Of a DNA stretch of 40,610 bases, positions 16,400 through 26,015 are shown in pieces. This DNA is from a virus. Both the position numbers and the translations under genes were made by a program. Each line of letters begins with the position of its first letter. The stretch's first letter is position 1. A model generated the notes under the pieces. The model was not told where the DNA came from, made no database searches, and saw nothing but the letters and a program-made list of their open reading frames with translations. The stretch is taken from positions 1 through 40,610 of IMG/VR virus record IMGVR_UViG_3300048578_000013, one strand, 5' to 3'.

Positions 16400-16878
16400 T
16401 ACAGGAACTCCTTCATCCGGTTTTCCCATCCCTTTGCAAAGGCCCGCCCCCGGCTCGTCTGGGATAGCTTGTGTAGCTTACCCAGCCTGTCCATAAGCAC
16501 AGATTCATACAGGCTAGCCGGGTCTGCGGCTTGTACCGCCTCTTGTGTCTGGGGGCCTAGCCGTCCGTCGGGCTCTACCCCTGCGGCTTTCTGTAGCCAG
16601 CGGATAGCATCCTGTGGGCCGTGCTGAACGGATGCATCTACTAGGAGGGACTTTAGCCTGCTGTCCGGCAGGAACTGGAATGGAGCCGCGTACTGGGATT
16701 CTATTATTCGCTGCGCAGTGGCTTTATCCAGTTTGGCAACGTCAGAGGGAGTAGCCGGTTTCCCCAGCCAGTTAGATAGAGTTAGCTGGGTGATACCGTA
16801 CTTGGTTGGCCCGCCCTTGTCTTTGGGGTGGTGTACGTAGCCGCCTTCTCGTTTTATTACTGCTTGAGCCTCACTCAT
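16399..16878 (-). CDS. GH108-family lysozyme with PG_binding_3-like C-terminus (paralog 1, 159 aa)
   Basis: REGGYVHHPKDKGGPTKYGI signature. C-terminal GVEPDGRLGPQTQEAV matches the peptidoglycan-binding motif. Confidence 0.75.
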   Translation of the reverse strand: MSEAQAVIKREGGYVHHPKDKGGPTKYGITQLTLSNWLGKPATPSDVAKLDKATAQRIIESQYAAPFQFLPDSRLKSLLVDASVQHGPQDAIRWLQKAAGVEPDGRLGPQTQEAVQAADPASLYESVLMDRLGKLHKLSQTSRGRAFAKGWENRMKEFL

Positions 16879-16882
16879 TTCT

Positions 16883-19006
16883 TTATTCCTCTTCTGTGGC
16901 GCCAGAGGTCAGGGCGGTTAGATACCCCATAGCTTTAGCCGTAGCTGCCGTGGGCTTGCTTAGAGTGGCGGCCAGTATCTGTAGCTGCTTGAGTGATCCC
17001 GGATCGAATAGAATCTTCTCTAGGGCGTCGCCGCCGAAGAACTTGGCTACGGGCCGGGCAATGAATGCTGGAGAACGGGTAGCTAGGGCAGTTGCGGTTC
17101 CGGGAAGGTCTACACCACGGTTGAACTGCCCCGCCCGTTCTTGGATTAGGCGGATAGCCGCCAAGCTACGTTCTATGTGGTCTAGCTCCGGCTTGGTCCA
17201 CATATGAGCCGCAACTATCTTGTCTCCGTTGGTAAGGGCCTTGACAAATTCCTGCGGGTCTATTCCGGCGCTAGTAGAGCGGGCTCCGAGGTCTTTCATC
17301 CCACCTAGAACCTGCTGAATCTTCCATTGTTTGATATCCCGGATCAGGTTCGGGTCTACCCGGTTAGCTGTATTAATCATGCGTACTTGCTCTGCGGGAG
17401 TTGCCCGCATGATGGCATCAAATGCCTTAGCCGGGCTGCCCATACCGGCTGTCTCCCCGAACAGGATTCCCATGGCGGAATTACGGGTAGCCTCTTCGGC
17501 GTCCTTGAAGGCGCGGTATTGGGCGTTAGCAATCTCAAAGTTCTTCCACGAATCTTCCAGCTCGCTGGGGATGGTAGAGCCTGAGGCCCGGATATTCTCC
17601 CTAACCGTTTCAAATGCCTTTACGTCCGCGTCAACGGCATCTACCAATTCCTTGCCTCTGCGATATAGGGCCTCGTTCTGGGGGGTGTTACCTAGGCGAT
17701 ACAGGGCTGAGCGCATGGTAGCACCTACCCGTCTAAGGGTAATCATGTCCTCCATGCTGGTACGAATCTGCTGGAACCCAGCTTCTTCTGATAGCCCAGC
17801 AATGTTAGGTCCGGGAACATCGGTAAACCACTTCTCAAGAACCTGCCGATACTTTTGAGGAAGGTTAGGCAGAAGTTGCTCGATGTCGGCGCGGGCAAAC
17901 TTGCCGGAACGGCTGAACCAGTCGGCAGTCTCATTCATCTTAACCGGGAATGGGGTATCGCTTTTGCGGGCAAGTTCTAGGGCCTTGTCCAGCGATTTCC
18001 CATAAGCCGCCGATGCGGCCTTCTGGTTGGCTATACGTACTTTGTCTACTGCTCCGCGTAGCCGGTGAGCAAGCTCATAGTCACTGATGTCCTTGCCCGG
18101 TGTAATTCCACGGGTAATGTTCTTGTTCAAGGCGTCCAGTTGGTTAGCTGCGAACTGTCTAGCCCTCGTGGCCGCTACCTGCGCCTCTAGGTTCTGGATG
18201 CCTACACTTCCGGTACGCTGGCCCGCCGTGAGGGTGTTCAAGAACTCTTGCCATTCCGGGCTCTTGGCCAGCTTGGCTATATCCGCTTCCACACGCGCGT
18301 CTCGAGGAGCATTCAGAATACGCTTGATGCTGTTCACTATACCGGGCTTCAAAGACGGGAGCACGGCAAGAGCGGCCCCAAGGCCGCCGCCTAGGGCGGC
18401 ATTAACGGCTCTCCACTTAGGTCCCTCTGCGTCAGAGTCATAAGCCGCAGCGGCTCCTACTGCGCCTAGCCCCGCCCCTCCACGGATGGCACTACCAATA
18501 GTGGTACGCAATTTCCCCACAAAGGCCCCCGCCTTGGTGGGGCTAAGAGGTAGCCCCGTAAGAACCTCGGAAGCCTTGGTTACTACGCCCGTATCCGGGT
18601 CTTCCGGTCCGAATACTTCCCCCTCTAGGCTCTTGTAAGCCTGCGTAAAGTCTTGCTCGTTTGTGCCGGGGACTACGTTAGACATTAGTTGGCCCGGCCC
18701 GGCAATCAGGGCTCTGGGCACCCCACGGGCAAACGCTTTACCAGCACGGCCCATTCCCTCTAGCTGGGCCTGCTGCTCTTCTCTGGAGGTAGGAGGAGCC
18801 ATTCCAAACTCGGCCGGGAAAAGTACGCGCGGAGGCTCCGGCTGTTTATATCGCCCACGGGTAGTCGGGCCGCCCCCTACAGCCGCTGGGCGAGATGTCT
18901 TTAGCGTTTCAATGTAATCCATGACTTCATTGGCCGTAGCTTCGTCTCCCTCTCTAAGGGCCTGATCGGCTATGTCCATAAGCTCATTGATATCTTGATT
19001 AGCCAT
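16883..19006 (-). CDS. Large virion-associated protein (707 aa), probable internal/ejection protein
   Basis: Ala/Gly-rich and helical with no catalytic motif seen. Call rests on position between the tail genes and the lysis cassette. Confidence 0.45.
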   Translation of the reverse strand: MANQDINELMDIADQALREGDEATANEVMDYIETLKTSRPAAVGGGPTTRGRYKQPEPPRVLFPAEFGMAPPTSREEQQAQLEGMGRAGKAFARGVPRALIAGPGQLMSNVVPGTNEQDFTQAYKSLEGEVFGPEDPDTGVVTKASEVLTGLPLSPTKAGAFVGKLRTTIGSAIRGGAGLGAVGAAAAYDSDAEGPKWRAVNAALGGGLGAALAVLPSLKPGIVNSIKRILNAPRDARVEADIAKLAKSPEWQEFLNTLTAGQRTGSVGIQNLEAQVAATRARQFAANQLDALNKNITRGITPGKDISDYELAHRLRGAVDKVRIANQKAASAAYGKSLDKALELARKSDTPFPVKMNETADWFSRSGKFARADIEQLLPNLPQKYRQVLEKWFTDVPGPNIAGLSEEAGFQQIRTSMEDMITLRRVGATMRSALYRLGNTPQNEALYRRGKELVDAVDADVKAFETVRENIRASGSTIPSELEDSWKNFEIANAQYRAFKDAEEATRNSAMGILFGETAGMGSPAKAFDAIMRATPAEQVRMINTANRVDPNLIRDIKQWKIQQVLGGMKDLGARSTSAGIDPQEFVKALTNGDKIVAAHMWTKPELDHIERSLAAIRLIQERAGQFNRGVDLPGTATALATRSPAFIARPVAKFFGGDALEKILFDPGSLKQLQILAATLSKPTAATAKAMGYLTALTSGATEEE

Positions 19007-20286
19007 TAGCGGCTATTCTCCCTTTTGATACGTTCAAGCCGTTGGCGGGCGGTCTCCCCTTTAGCTGGGCCGCCCTGCGCTGGAGGAGATTGCGTTGGTA
19101 CTGCCTTTGTGGGGGCAGCTTGCGGCTGATACAGCCCAAGTTGCTCGGCTCTTTCAGAGCCTTCCCCCCACAGAGGTTCATCGGGGGTGTCCAGCTTGTT
19201 ACCCGTCCACAATCGGCGCACATCATTCCACGTTGTTTCCAAATCCTCGCGGAGTACGGAAGCCATCGCGTTAGCGTCCCCAGAGGCTCCTAGGGCCTTT
19301 AGGGATACCTTGAAGTCGTTGTCAGATAGCCGCCCGCCCGGATCGCGGATACGGGCACGAGAGTAGGCCATATCAATTACCAATGCTTCCAACTGAGAGT
19401 AGTTTACCCCGAGTCTGTTAGCTTCTGCCGCAATCTTCGGGCGGGCCGTGCTGAATGCTGCCCGTCCTTCTGGCCCCTGATCTTGGATGATCTGGGAAGA
19501 AGTAACCGGGGTAATTCCCAGCAATCCTTGAATTTCCTGTAGAACTGGGGCTACGGCCCCGGCCGTCTTGGTTCCCGTTCTAGGGGCACGGGCTAGGATG
19601 TCTATGGTCTTCTTGACTCGATCTGTGTATCCTAGCCACCCGGCCATCTGGTTGCGCAGATCGCCTACCGTCTTCTTGGTAAGCCCAGAGGCCCCCGAGG
19701 CCCCTGCCCCTCTTTCTTGGGGCATACGGCCGTAATATTCCGCCTTGGCCTCGTCTAGCTTGTTCTGGTAGAAAGAGCGTTCTTCAGCGGTGCTGGCCTT
19801 GCTTAGCGCAGCTTCCGCCGCTTGTAGCCTAGAGAGGGCCATTGCGTTAGTGTTGGCTGTCTTGGCTCCTGCGGTATATTCAATGTCCGTCTTTAGCTTT
19901 CTGCGTTCTAGCTGGGCGTCCCGGATTTGGCTAGCCTGCTTTAGTATAGTATCGGCTTCTTGGTAGTTACCGTTAGACAGAAACTCCCTCGCGGCATTCT
20001 CAAGAACCTGAGCACGGGCCTCGTCCGGGTCCATCCCATCCTTTACCATGCCAGCCGCAGACTGGGCCGCCTGTTGCAGGATACCCTGATTGTAGGCGGC
20101 CGTCTTGTCCCGTTCCGTTAGCCCGATCCCGTGCTTACGGAGGGCCTGCCGGAGGGTAGAGCCCGCCATATTGGCCTGCCGTACCCAGAAGTCCGGTTGA
20201 TCTTTATTAACCTGCGCAAGCTCTGCCTCACGGCGAGCCCGTAGAGTTTCCGGAGTCAGTAGGGCTTCAAATGCATTTGTTGACAT
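19006..20286 (-). CDS. Virion-associated protein (426 aa), probable internal protein
   Basis: Helical, Ala/Gln/Arg-rich. TAATG coupling to the downstream gene. Confidence 0.45.
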   Translation of the reverse strand: MSTNAFEALLTPETLRARREAELAQVNKDQPDFWVRQANMAGSTLRQALRKHGIGLTERDKTAAYNQGILQQAAQSAAGMVKDGMDPDEARAQVLENAAREFLSNGNYQEADTILKQASQIRDAQLERRKLKTDIEYTAGAKTANTNAMALSRLQAAEAALSKASTAEERSFYQNKLDEAKAEYYGRMPQERGAGASGASGLTKKTVGDLRNQMAGWLGYTDRVKKTIDILARAPRTGTKTAGAVAPVLQEIQGLLGITPVTSSQIIQDQGPEGRAAFSTARPKIAAEANRLGVNYSQLEALVIDMAYSRARIRDPGGRLSDNDFKVSLKALGASGDANAMASVLREDLETTWNDVRRLWTGNKLDTPDEPLWGEGSERAEQLGLYQPQAAPTKAVPTQSPPAQGGPAKGETARQRLERIKRENSR

Positions 20287-20292
20287 ATTAGA

Positions 20293-22173
20293 TTATCCCC
20301 AAAGAGTGTCGCGCATTCCGCTAGAAGTAATCGGGGCGGAAGTAAGCGGGGCTATAGAACCATAGTATGGCTGCCCGTTAACCATTGTATTAGTCAAGCC
20401 GCTAGAATATCCGGAAGAACGGCTCGTACCGCCCCCGCCAAAGCCCCCGCCAGAAGACTGGGCTACTGGTTGTGGTGAGGTAGGCATAGCAGATGGAAGG
20501 CCGTTGGATGGTAGCTGGCCTCCTTGGTTCCAGAATTGCATAGAATCCTGTAGTCTGCTCGATCTGGCCGCTGCGGCCTGATCTATGCGAGCCTTTTTAA
20601 CCGGGTCTTTTAGAACCTCTTGATATCTCAAATACTGGCTTTTTGTATCATCGTCCCATTGATCCCAATACCGCGTATCCCATCCGTCTGGGGCGGTCCA
20701 CGCGGTCGTTCCTTTAGGCATGTTTCCACCAAAGCCTAGGGCACTAAAGAGTTTAGGAATCCCGTACAGGGCTGTCCCTATAGCCGCCGCATAAGGGGCC
20801 GCTGCTGCTAGGCCACCACCAAGACTACCTGCTGCTCCCCCGAGAGAACCCAGAGCCCCGGCTCCGCTTCCCCCCATAGACCCTAGTCCGGATAGCAGGC
20901 TTAGGGGATTACCACCCCCGCCCACGAGGGAGCTAAGTCCGCCTAATGCGCTGGCAGCGCCCCCTGCTGAACCGCCAGCGCCACCACCCCCAAGAGCCCC
21001 TAGTATGCTCCCCAAGCTACCGAGGAATCCCCCGGCCTTGGAATCCCCGCCCATGGCCCCTCCGATAGAGCTAAGGATACCCCCGAGCCCTCCGGCCGCC
21101 TGTCCGTAGTTCTTGCTTCCTAGGCCGCTTAGGAGCCCGCTAAGGCCGCCTAGGCCCGCCCCTAGGTTGCCCCCGACATTCTGCCCAAAGCCTCCTGCAA
21201 GCTGTCCTAGGAGGTTTAGCGAGCTATTACCCCCTTGTTGCTGTCCCCCGCCGAAGATTCCGCCCAATCCGCCTAGAATGCCCCCTAGGCCGCCCTCTTC
21301 GTTACCCCCAAGGGCTCCGAGAATGGCCTGCATCTGGGCATCCCGCCCGGCCGCGCCCTGCGCGAGAAGCTCCCACGCGGGGGCTCTACCAGCCTGTACC
21401 CCAAGCTGGCCTAGGTTCAAGGCTTGCCCGAAGTTAATGCCTTGCTGGCCTTGGCCGGAACCAATAACCTGATTGGCCGCTCCAAATCTTTGGAGAGCGT
21501 TGTTACGTGCCCAATCTTGGGAAGCTAGGGTACGTTCTAGGTCCGCCTGTCCTTGAGCACGGGCTAGGGCCTCTTGCTGAACGGCTCCGCCCGTACCGCC
21601 TAGGCGTCCCTGAGAGAATAGCTGTTGCTGGAGCCCTTGCGTTGCGCGGGCTTCTTCTGGAGCAGCCAGTTGCCGGAGAAGACTTAGGCGGGTATCCGCT
21701 TCCCCTTGAATAGCTCCCTGATCGTTAAGCTGATTAAAGGCCCCGACAAGTTCCGGGCTGGCCCCGCCCCACGGTCCCGGCCCTTGTCCCGGAGTTAGTG
21801 TAATTCCAGTTGTAGGATCGTAGGTCAACCCACCAAACAGGGATTGGATATTGGTAGGCTTGGCTACGGAACGGTTAGCCGCCGCATCATATTGCCCGGC
21901 CCGGTTCTTGGCCCCGTACCACGCTCCGGCCGCATCAATAAGGCCGGGAAGAAGGTCTTGGAGAGTGCCTAAGAACCCACCCCCGGAATTACCCCCACCG
22001 CTCTGGGGCGGAAGTGGAGTAGGCCCCTCGTTGGGGTCTAGGGTTAGAGGTCCGAAGTCCCCAAAACCGGGGGTACTCATTCCGCCCATGACTGGCCGGG
22101 GGCCGCCGAAGGCGGTATTAGTCCCCCCGTAGATGCGGGCGGGCTCGTTTACGTTAAATCCAAGTGATGCCAT
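20293..22173 (-). CDS. Glycine-rich virion protein (626 aa) with long GxxxG/GGLGG low-complexity core
   Basis: About 230 residues of GGLGGILGGLGG / LGSLGG-type repeats, flanked by Gln-rich and Trp/Asp-rich regions. Confidence 0.55.
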   Translation of the reverse strand: MASLGFNVNEPARIYGGTNTAFGGPRPVMGGMSTPGFGDFGPLTLDPNEGPTPLPPQSGGGNSGGGFLGTLQDLLPGLIDAAGAWYGAKNRAGQYDAAANRSVAKPTNIQSLFGGLTYDPTTGITLTPGQGPGPWGGASPELVGAFNQLNDQGAIQGEADTRLSLLRQLAAPEEARATQGLQQQLFSQGRLGGTGGAVQQEALARAQGQADLERTLASQDWARNNALQRFGAANQVIGSGQGQQGINFGQALNLGQLGVQAGRAPAWELLAQGAAGRDAQMQAILGALGGNEEGGLGGILGGLGGIFGGGQQQGGNSSLNLLGQLAGGFGQNVGGNLGAGLGGLSGLLSGLGSKNYGQAAGGLGGILSSIGGAMGGDSKAGGFLGSLGSILGALGGGGAGGSAGGAASALGGLSSLVGGGGNPLSLLSGLGSMGGSGAGALGSLGGAAGSLGGGLAAAAPYAAAIGTALYGIPKLFSALGFGGNMPKGTTAWTAPDGWDTRYWDQWDDDTKSQYLRYQEVLKDPVKKARIDQAAAARSSRLQDSMQFWNQGGQLPSNGLPSAMPTSPQPVAQSSGGGFGGGGTSRSSGYSSGLTNTMVNGQPYYGSIAPLTSAPITSSGMRDTLWG

Positions 22174-22174
22174 A

Positions 22175-22390
22175 TTAGATTCCTAGTACCCCCCGCCCTT
22201 GTTGCAAGGCGGTTTGAAGTTTGCCCCCACCGTTACCCAGTCCCCCAACCCGTCCCATGAGCGTCTGCGTAGACACGGCCGGGCCGGGAGTACCCCTAGA
22301 ATGGGTCATCTGGCCCAAAGGGCCGAACGGGCTAGGAGGGATTCCCCACATAGCCCCCTTAGCCGCTATGTATTCATATATGTTATTCAT
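22175..22390 (-). CDS. Hypothetical protein (71 aa)
   Basis: ATG at 22390 overlaps the upstream stop by 8 nt. Gly/Pro-rich. Confidence 0.35.
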   Translation of the reverse strand: MNNIYEYIAAKGAMWGIPPSPFGPLGQMTHSRGTPGPAVSTQTLMGRVGGLGNGGGKLQTALQQGRGVLGI

Positions 22391-22667
22391 GTGCCCATCC
22401 CAGCTTCCGTAGAAGCACATCCCAGAACAGGGTCAGGAATGTGCCTACGGCGGAAGCGATCATTAGAACCCCGCCCATGAAGCCCTGATACTTTGTCAAC
22501 GATTTTTCCATCGTGGCTAGGCGTTCCTGAATACTCTCCAGCTTTTGATTGACTTCCTTGTGGCGGTCTTCTACCAAACCGTTCGCGTGAATAAGCCGTT
22601 CCTCGGCTCGCGTTACGCGCTCTAGGATGTCATCCAATTCAGTTTCTGTCCTTGTCTTGCGGGCCAT
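22383..22667 (-). CDS. Coiled-coil protein with C-terminal TM anchor (94 aa); holin-like candidate
   Basis: TAATG coupling to the fibre gene. C-terminal FMGGVLMIASAVGTFLTLFWDVLL. Confidence 0.45.
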   Translation of the reverse strand: MARKTRTETELDDILERVTRAEERLIHANGLVEDRHKEVNQKLESIQERLATMEKSLTKYQGFMGGVLMIASAVGTFLTLFWDVLLRKLGWAHE

Positions 22668-23506
22668 TAGGGTATAAACTCGATTGTTCTTGTAAGACCG
22701 CCCGTCATGGCGGGTATGCCGGGGAATAGTGTAGAAACGTCCCACGCCCACCGGCGCATGTTTCCATTAGTAGTAGTATTGAACCGGGATGCAAAAGTAG
22801 CAGTTCTTACTGTGCCACCGGAATCTGTAAATCTTAGGCTTGTATACAAGGCATCCACCGGAGATGAGGGGCCTTCTATAATGAGAGTCATGAAGCTGCC
22901 GTTATGTTCCCACATGCGGGTGGTCAGTCCAGTGCCTGAATTATCAGAAGTTTTACTGCCCCCTAGATAATTATAGAACCCAAAGCCTGTAGCATCTACA
23001 TCAGCATAGCCGTAATTGCTAATGGGGGAGCCGTTGGCTGTAAGCTGCCCAGTAACAATCGTGAAACCTATTACCGGGGTTGCCCAGAAAGGGCCTCCGG
23101 AAGATGTGCTGCCCGTGCTCCCCGCCTCCCACATGGATGTCAGGGCCGTACCGATGGCGTCTAGCTCGTCGGATATTACATCCCCGAGAATGGTAGTCTG
23201 GCCGTCAAAAGTAGTAATGCGGGTGTAGCTCCATCCCGGAACCCCTACAAAGGCGCCATAGATCGCATCAAATTCCGCATCCAACGTAGCCCCAATAACC
23301 TTCTTGTTGGCATTCCCGGTAGCCAGCAAGTCCTTGGCTGCAAAATTGGTTAGAGGGCCGTTATATGCATCGGTCATTGAGGCGATACTGGAATTAATCG
23401 CCTCAAATTCCCGTTGTAGCTCTGCCCCTACAATCAGTTTGTGGGGATTGCCGGGGGATAGGATATCTTTCGCCCGGAAGTTGGTTAGTGGTTTGTACCC
23501 GGCCAT
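22667..23506 (-). CDS. Tail fibre-like protein (279 aa) with duplicated N-terminal motif
   Basis: Two ~47-aa repeats: PLTNFRAKDILSPGNPHKLIVGAELQREFEAI and PLTNFAAKDLLATGNANKKVIGATLDAEFDAI. Confidence 0.55.
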   Translation of the reverse strand: MAGYKPLTNFRAKDILSPGNPHKLIVGAELQREFEAINSSIASMTDAYNGPLTNFAAKDLLATGNANKKVIGATLDAEFDAIYGAFVGVPGWSYTRITTFDGQTTILGDVISDELDAIGTALTSMWEAGSTGSTSSGGPFWATPVIGFTIVTGQLTANGSPISNYGYADVDATGFGFYNYLGGSKTSDNSGTGLTTRMWEHNGSFMTLIIEGPSSPVDALYTSLRFTDSGGTVRTATFASRFNTTTNGNMRRWAWDVSTLFPGIPAMTGGLTRTIEFIP

Positions 23507-25038
23507 TAGGCTAGCCTCCCCGGCATAATGTAGGCCGTGATGGATTGCACGGCAAACGGCTGGCCGTTAATCTCCGTCTCTACTCCTAGAAGCATAAACT
23601 GCCCGTCTCCAGAAGCCGGAACCTTGTCTATGCGCTGGCTTAGCCCGCCGCTGTACTCGGCGGTGCCGTAAGCCCCCGTGCCGTATTCGTCTGAGCCGTC
23701 CCCGGCGTAAGTCATCTGGTAGAACCCGAAGTCCCTCTTGAAATCGAAGAACCATTTAAGAGTTACAGTTACGCCCTTTGGGCTGAATGCAATCAGTTTG
23801 ACTTCTTTCAGAATCTTGAGCATCACGTTGCCTTGGCCGTCGTCTAGCCACCCGGAACGGAATACGAAGCGGTATGTGGCTGTTCCATCCAGATACCCGC
23901 CGTATTTACCTATCTGTCCAGCCCATCCAAATAGCAAGTCTCCGTTAACCCGTCGTAGAAGGCTATTCGGTTTAAACTCAGGCCAGTCCGTAATACGATA
24001 TGTCCCGTCTTGCAATGGGCGAGAGATGTCTACGCATACTGTGAGGCTATTGTCTGGGCTTGTTAGCAGGTATAGACCTTCTTCCGGGCTGAATGCTGAC
24101 CGCATTTTGGTTTTGTCTACGGAAGATTGACTAAATAGAGTGATGTAGTAAGAACGGTTGTTCCCGGTCAAATCATTGAGCGGGGTGGCTTTCTCTTGTA
24201 GAACCCTGCCCAGAGAACGAATACCATTCTGGGATAGGAACACAATGTCGCCCTCTCCGATGGCTTGGATAGAATCGCGAGCGAAGCACCCAACCCCCTC
24301 TATGGTGTCCCCTACGTACATGGTAGTTGGGTCTATGCCCCGGTCAGAGCCCCGGCCGTCCGTGAACAGGAAGATGTGGCGCTTGCCAAATACTATCAAG
24401 GTAGCCCCAAAGGCTGCGAGAGCTACACCCTCGTCCGTCCCTTTAGTCCAAAGATAGCCAAGGTCTTGTAGCCCGGCCCCGTCCGCACTAGCCCACTTGG
24501 TTTCGTCTAGCAGGGCCGAGTAGTACAGGGTAGTCTTGGTCAGTGCCCACAAGCGGCCGAAGGCCCCCATGATGGCCACAACCCCGGTAGGTATTGTTCC
24601 GGAAGTAGCCGTAATGGTTGCGAAGTTGCCCGTTGTCTTGGAGGCGAGGGTGCCATCCGGCAGCTTGGCTATAACCTTGTTATTGTAGTTGGTGAATTGC
24701 CAGTCAGTGCCGTTGGGGGTAAGGGCTCCCTTCACACTAGCCCATGTGGAGCCGTTGTTAGTAGACTCCCAAACGTCGGCGGAAGAACCGGCTATAAGGC
24801 TGGTTGTACTGTCCGTCTTTACGTACTCGTGCAGTTGGGTGAACGGAGGAGAGCCCGTAGCCGGGGTAGCCGTTTCATCCGTCCATCCCTTGCGGGCGGC
24901 CAGCCTACCGGCTCCGTCTATGACGGCATTCTGAGCCTCCGTGGCCCATTCTGGAGTCAGGATACCCTGCTCCTTCTCCTTGTTTAGCCCAAGGAATCCG
25001 GGGCTAGGGAATGTTACCGGCTGTACTGGTACTGGCAT
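23506..25038 (-). CDS. Tail structural protein (about 510 aa), nozzle/tubular-B-like by position
   Basis: Large beta-rich ORF after an adaptor-sized gene. ATG 25038 preferred over track TTG 25050. No motif-level support. Confidence 0.45.
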   Translation of the reverse strand: MPVPVQPVTFPSPGFLGLNKEKEQGILTPEWATEAQNAVIDGAGRLAARKGWTDETATPATGSPPFTQLHEYVKTDSTTSLIAGSSADVWESTNNGSTWASVKGALTPNGTDWQFTNYNNKVIAKLPDGTLASKTTGNFATITATSGTIPTGVVAIMGAFGRLWALTKTTLYYSALLDETKWASADGAGLQDLGYLWTKGTDEGVALAAFGATLIVFGKRHIFLFTDGRGSDRGIDPTTMYVGDTIEGVGCFARDSIQAIGEGDIVFLSQNGIRSLGRVLQEKATPLNDLTGNNRSYYITLFSQSSVDKTKMRSAFSPEEGLYLLTSPDNSLTVCVDISRPLQDGTYRITDWPEFKPNSLLRRVNGDLLFGWAGQIGKYGGYLDGTATYRFVFRSGWLDDGQGNVMLKILKEVKLIAFSPKGVTVTLKWFFDFKRDFGFYQMTYAGDGSDEYGTGAYGTAEYSGGLSQRIDKVPASGDGQFMLLGVETEINGQPFAVQSITAYIMPGRLA

Positions 25039-25039
25039 G

Positions 25040-25726
25040 TTAGCATTCAAACATGGTTTGTTCTACCGGCTCAGAGTCGAAGTTGATGGCGTCATTGAGA
25101 GCCCGGTCAGCCATGGCCTTGAGGGTTTCCCCCTCTGTGCCTTGCCCGCCACCGCGTTCGAGGGCAGCGTAAGCAGCAGCTAGAAGATAGACAGGCTTCT
25201 CCGGCACGATGAGTATGTCGGCCTTGTCGGTAAGTTCCGGCTGGGGGATAACGAACGTGGCTTGCATCGAATACACGGCGTCCGGTTTCGGGTACAGGCT
25301 AATAGTGATCCCAGAGGCTGCGCGCTTGATCGAGTACAGGCTAGGGATTGCATTGGAAGCCAGATTCCATGCAATATCAGCCCGCATCAGTTCCCGTGGC
25401 TGCATATGAACCCGGCCCAGAACAGATACCGTCTTGTTGAAGAAGGCAGGTCTACCGAACATATCCTTGACTAGATACGAGCGTTCGTTGGTAGTCCCGC
25501 CAGTACCCACCCCAGATGTACCGAGATTGTAATCTTGGGTACCAGCTACCGTAGAGAACGTAATGTCGGTACGTAGCGCGCTCCATGGATGGGAGGCTTC
25601 TACTTCTTCCTTAGCCTGATTAACTTTCTGCCCAACAAGACGAGCATAGTCGGAATCAATCTCCGTAATAATGGGCTTACGGAGTTCTGTCATTACCTTG
25701 TTAACCAAGCCTAGGTACGTTGCCAT
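25040..25726 (-). CDS. Tail/adaptor structural protein (228 aa) by position
   Basis: Size and gene order only. TAATG coupling to the upstream gene. Confidence 0.4.
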   Translation of the reverse strand: MATYLGLVNKVMTELRKPIITEIDSDYARLVGQKVNQAKEEVEASHPWSALRTDITFSTVAGTQDYNLGTSGVGTGGTTNERSYLVKDMFGRPAFFNKTVSVLGRVHMQPRELMRADIAWNLASNAIPSLYSIKRAASGITISLYPKPDAVYSMQATFVIPQPELTDKADILIVPEKPVYLLAAAYAALERGGGQGTEGETLKAMADRALNDAINFDSEPVEQTMFEC

Positions 25727-25878
25727 TATTCTTCCTTGGGGGCCTCAACTGCCGGAGGCGGGGTTAGCATCTCATTGAGTGTAGCTACAATGTTCATTAG
25801 AGCCGGGGCTTCTGAGCCCTTGAGGTCTACGCGGGCTAGGAACGATAGAGTAGCCTTGATCTGGTCTTTACTTAGCAT
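25726..25878 (-). CDS. Hypothetical protein (50 aa)
   Basis: Internal ATG of track ORF 25726-25911, chosen to reduce overlap with the adjacent small ORF. Confidence 0.35.
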   Translation of the reverse strand: MLSKDQIKATLSFLARVDLKGSEAPALMNIVATLNEMLTPPPAVEAPKEE

Positions 25879-26014
25879 TGGATTTCTTCCCCTTCTTTTC
25901 TTTGTAACCATGGGCGTAGGCCGCTGCGGCCTGTCTTTCTGCGCCCGCCTTATTGGGGTAAACCTTACCTTTTGTACCCCATTTATAACCGCCGTCTACC
26001 CTTTTAATGGGCAT
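25868..26014 (-). CDS. Possible small basic protein (48 aa); below the track cutoff
   Basis: My translation is MPIKRVDGGYKWGTKGKVYPNKAGAERQAAAAYAHGYKEKKGKKSNAK. The ATG follows the upstream stop by 1 nt. Confidence 0.3.
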   Translation of the reverse strand: MPIKRVDGGYKWGTKGKVYPNKAGAERQAAAAYAHGYKEKKGKKSNAK

Positions 26015-26015
26015 A

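Noticed and set aside
17331-18917. Plus-strand ORFs inside the 707-aa minus-strand gene (17331-17858, 18087-18443, 18663-18917)
   Set aside because: They are opposite-strand shadows of a long, uninterrupted late-operon ORF.
21113-22132. Pro-rich plus-strand ORFs (21113-21472, 21851-22132) opposite the glycine-rich protein gene
   Set aside because: GGN Gly codons read as NCC Pro codons on the other strand, so these are mirror artefacts.
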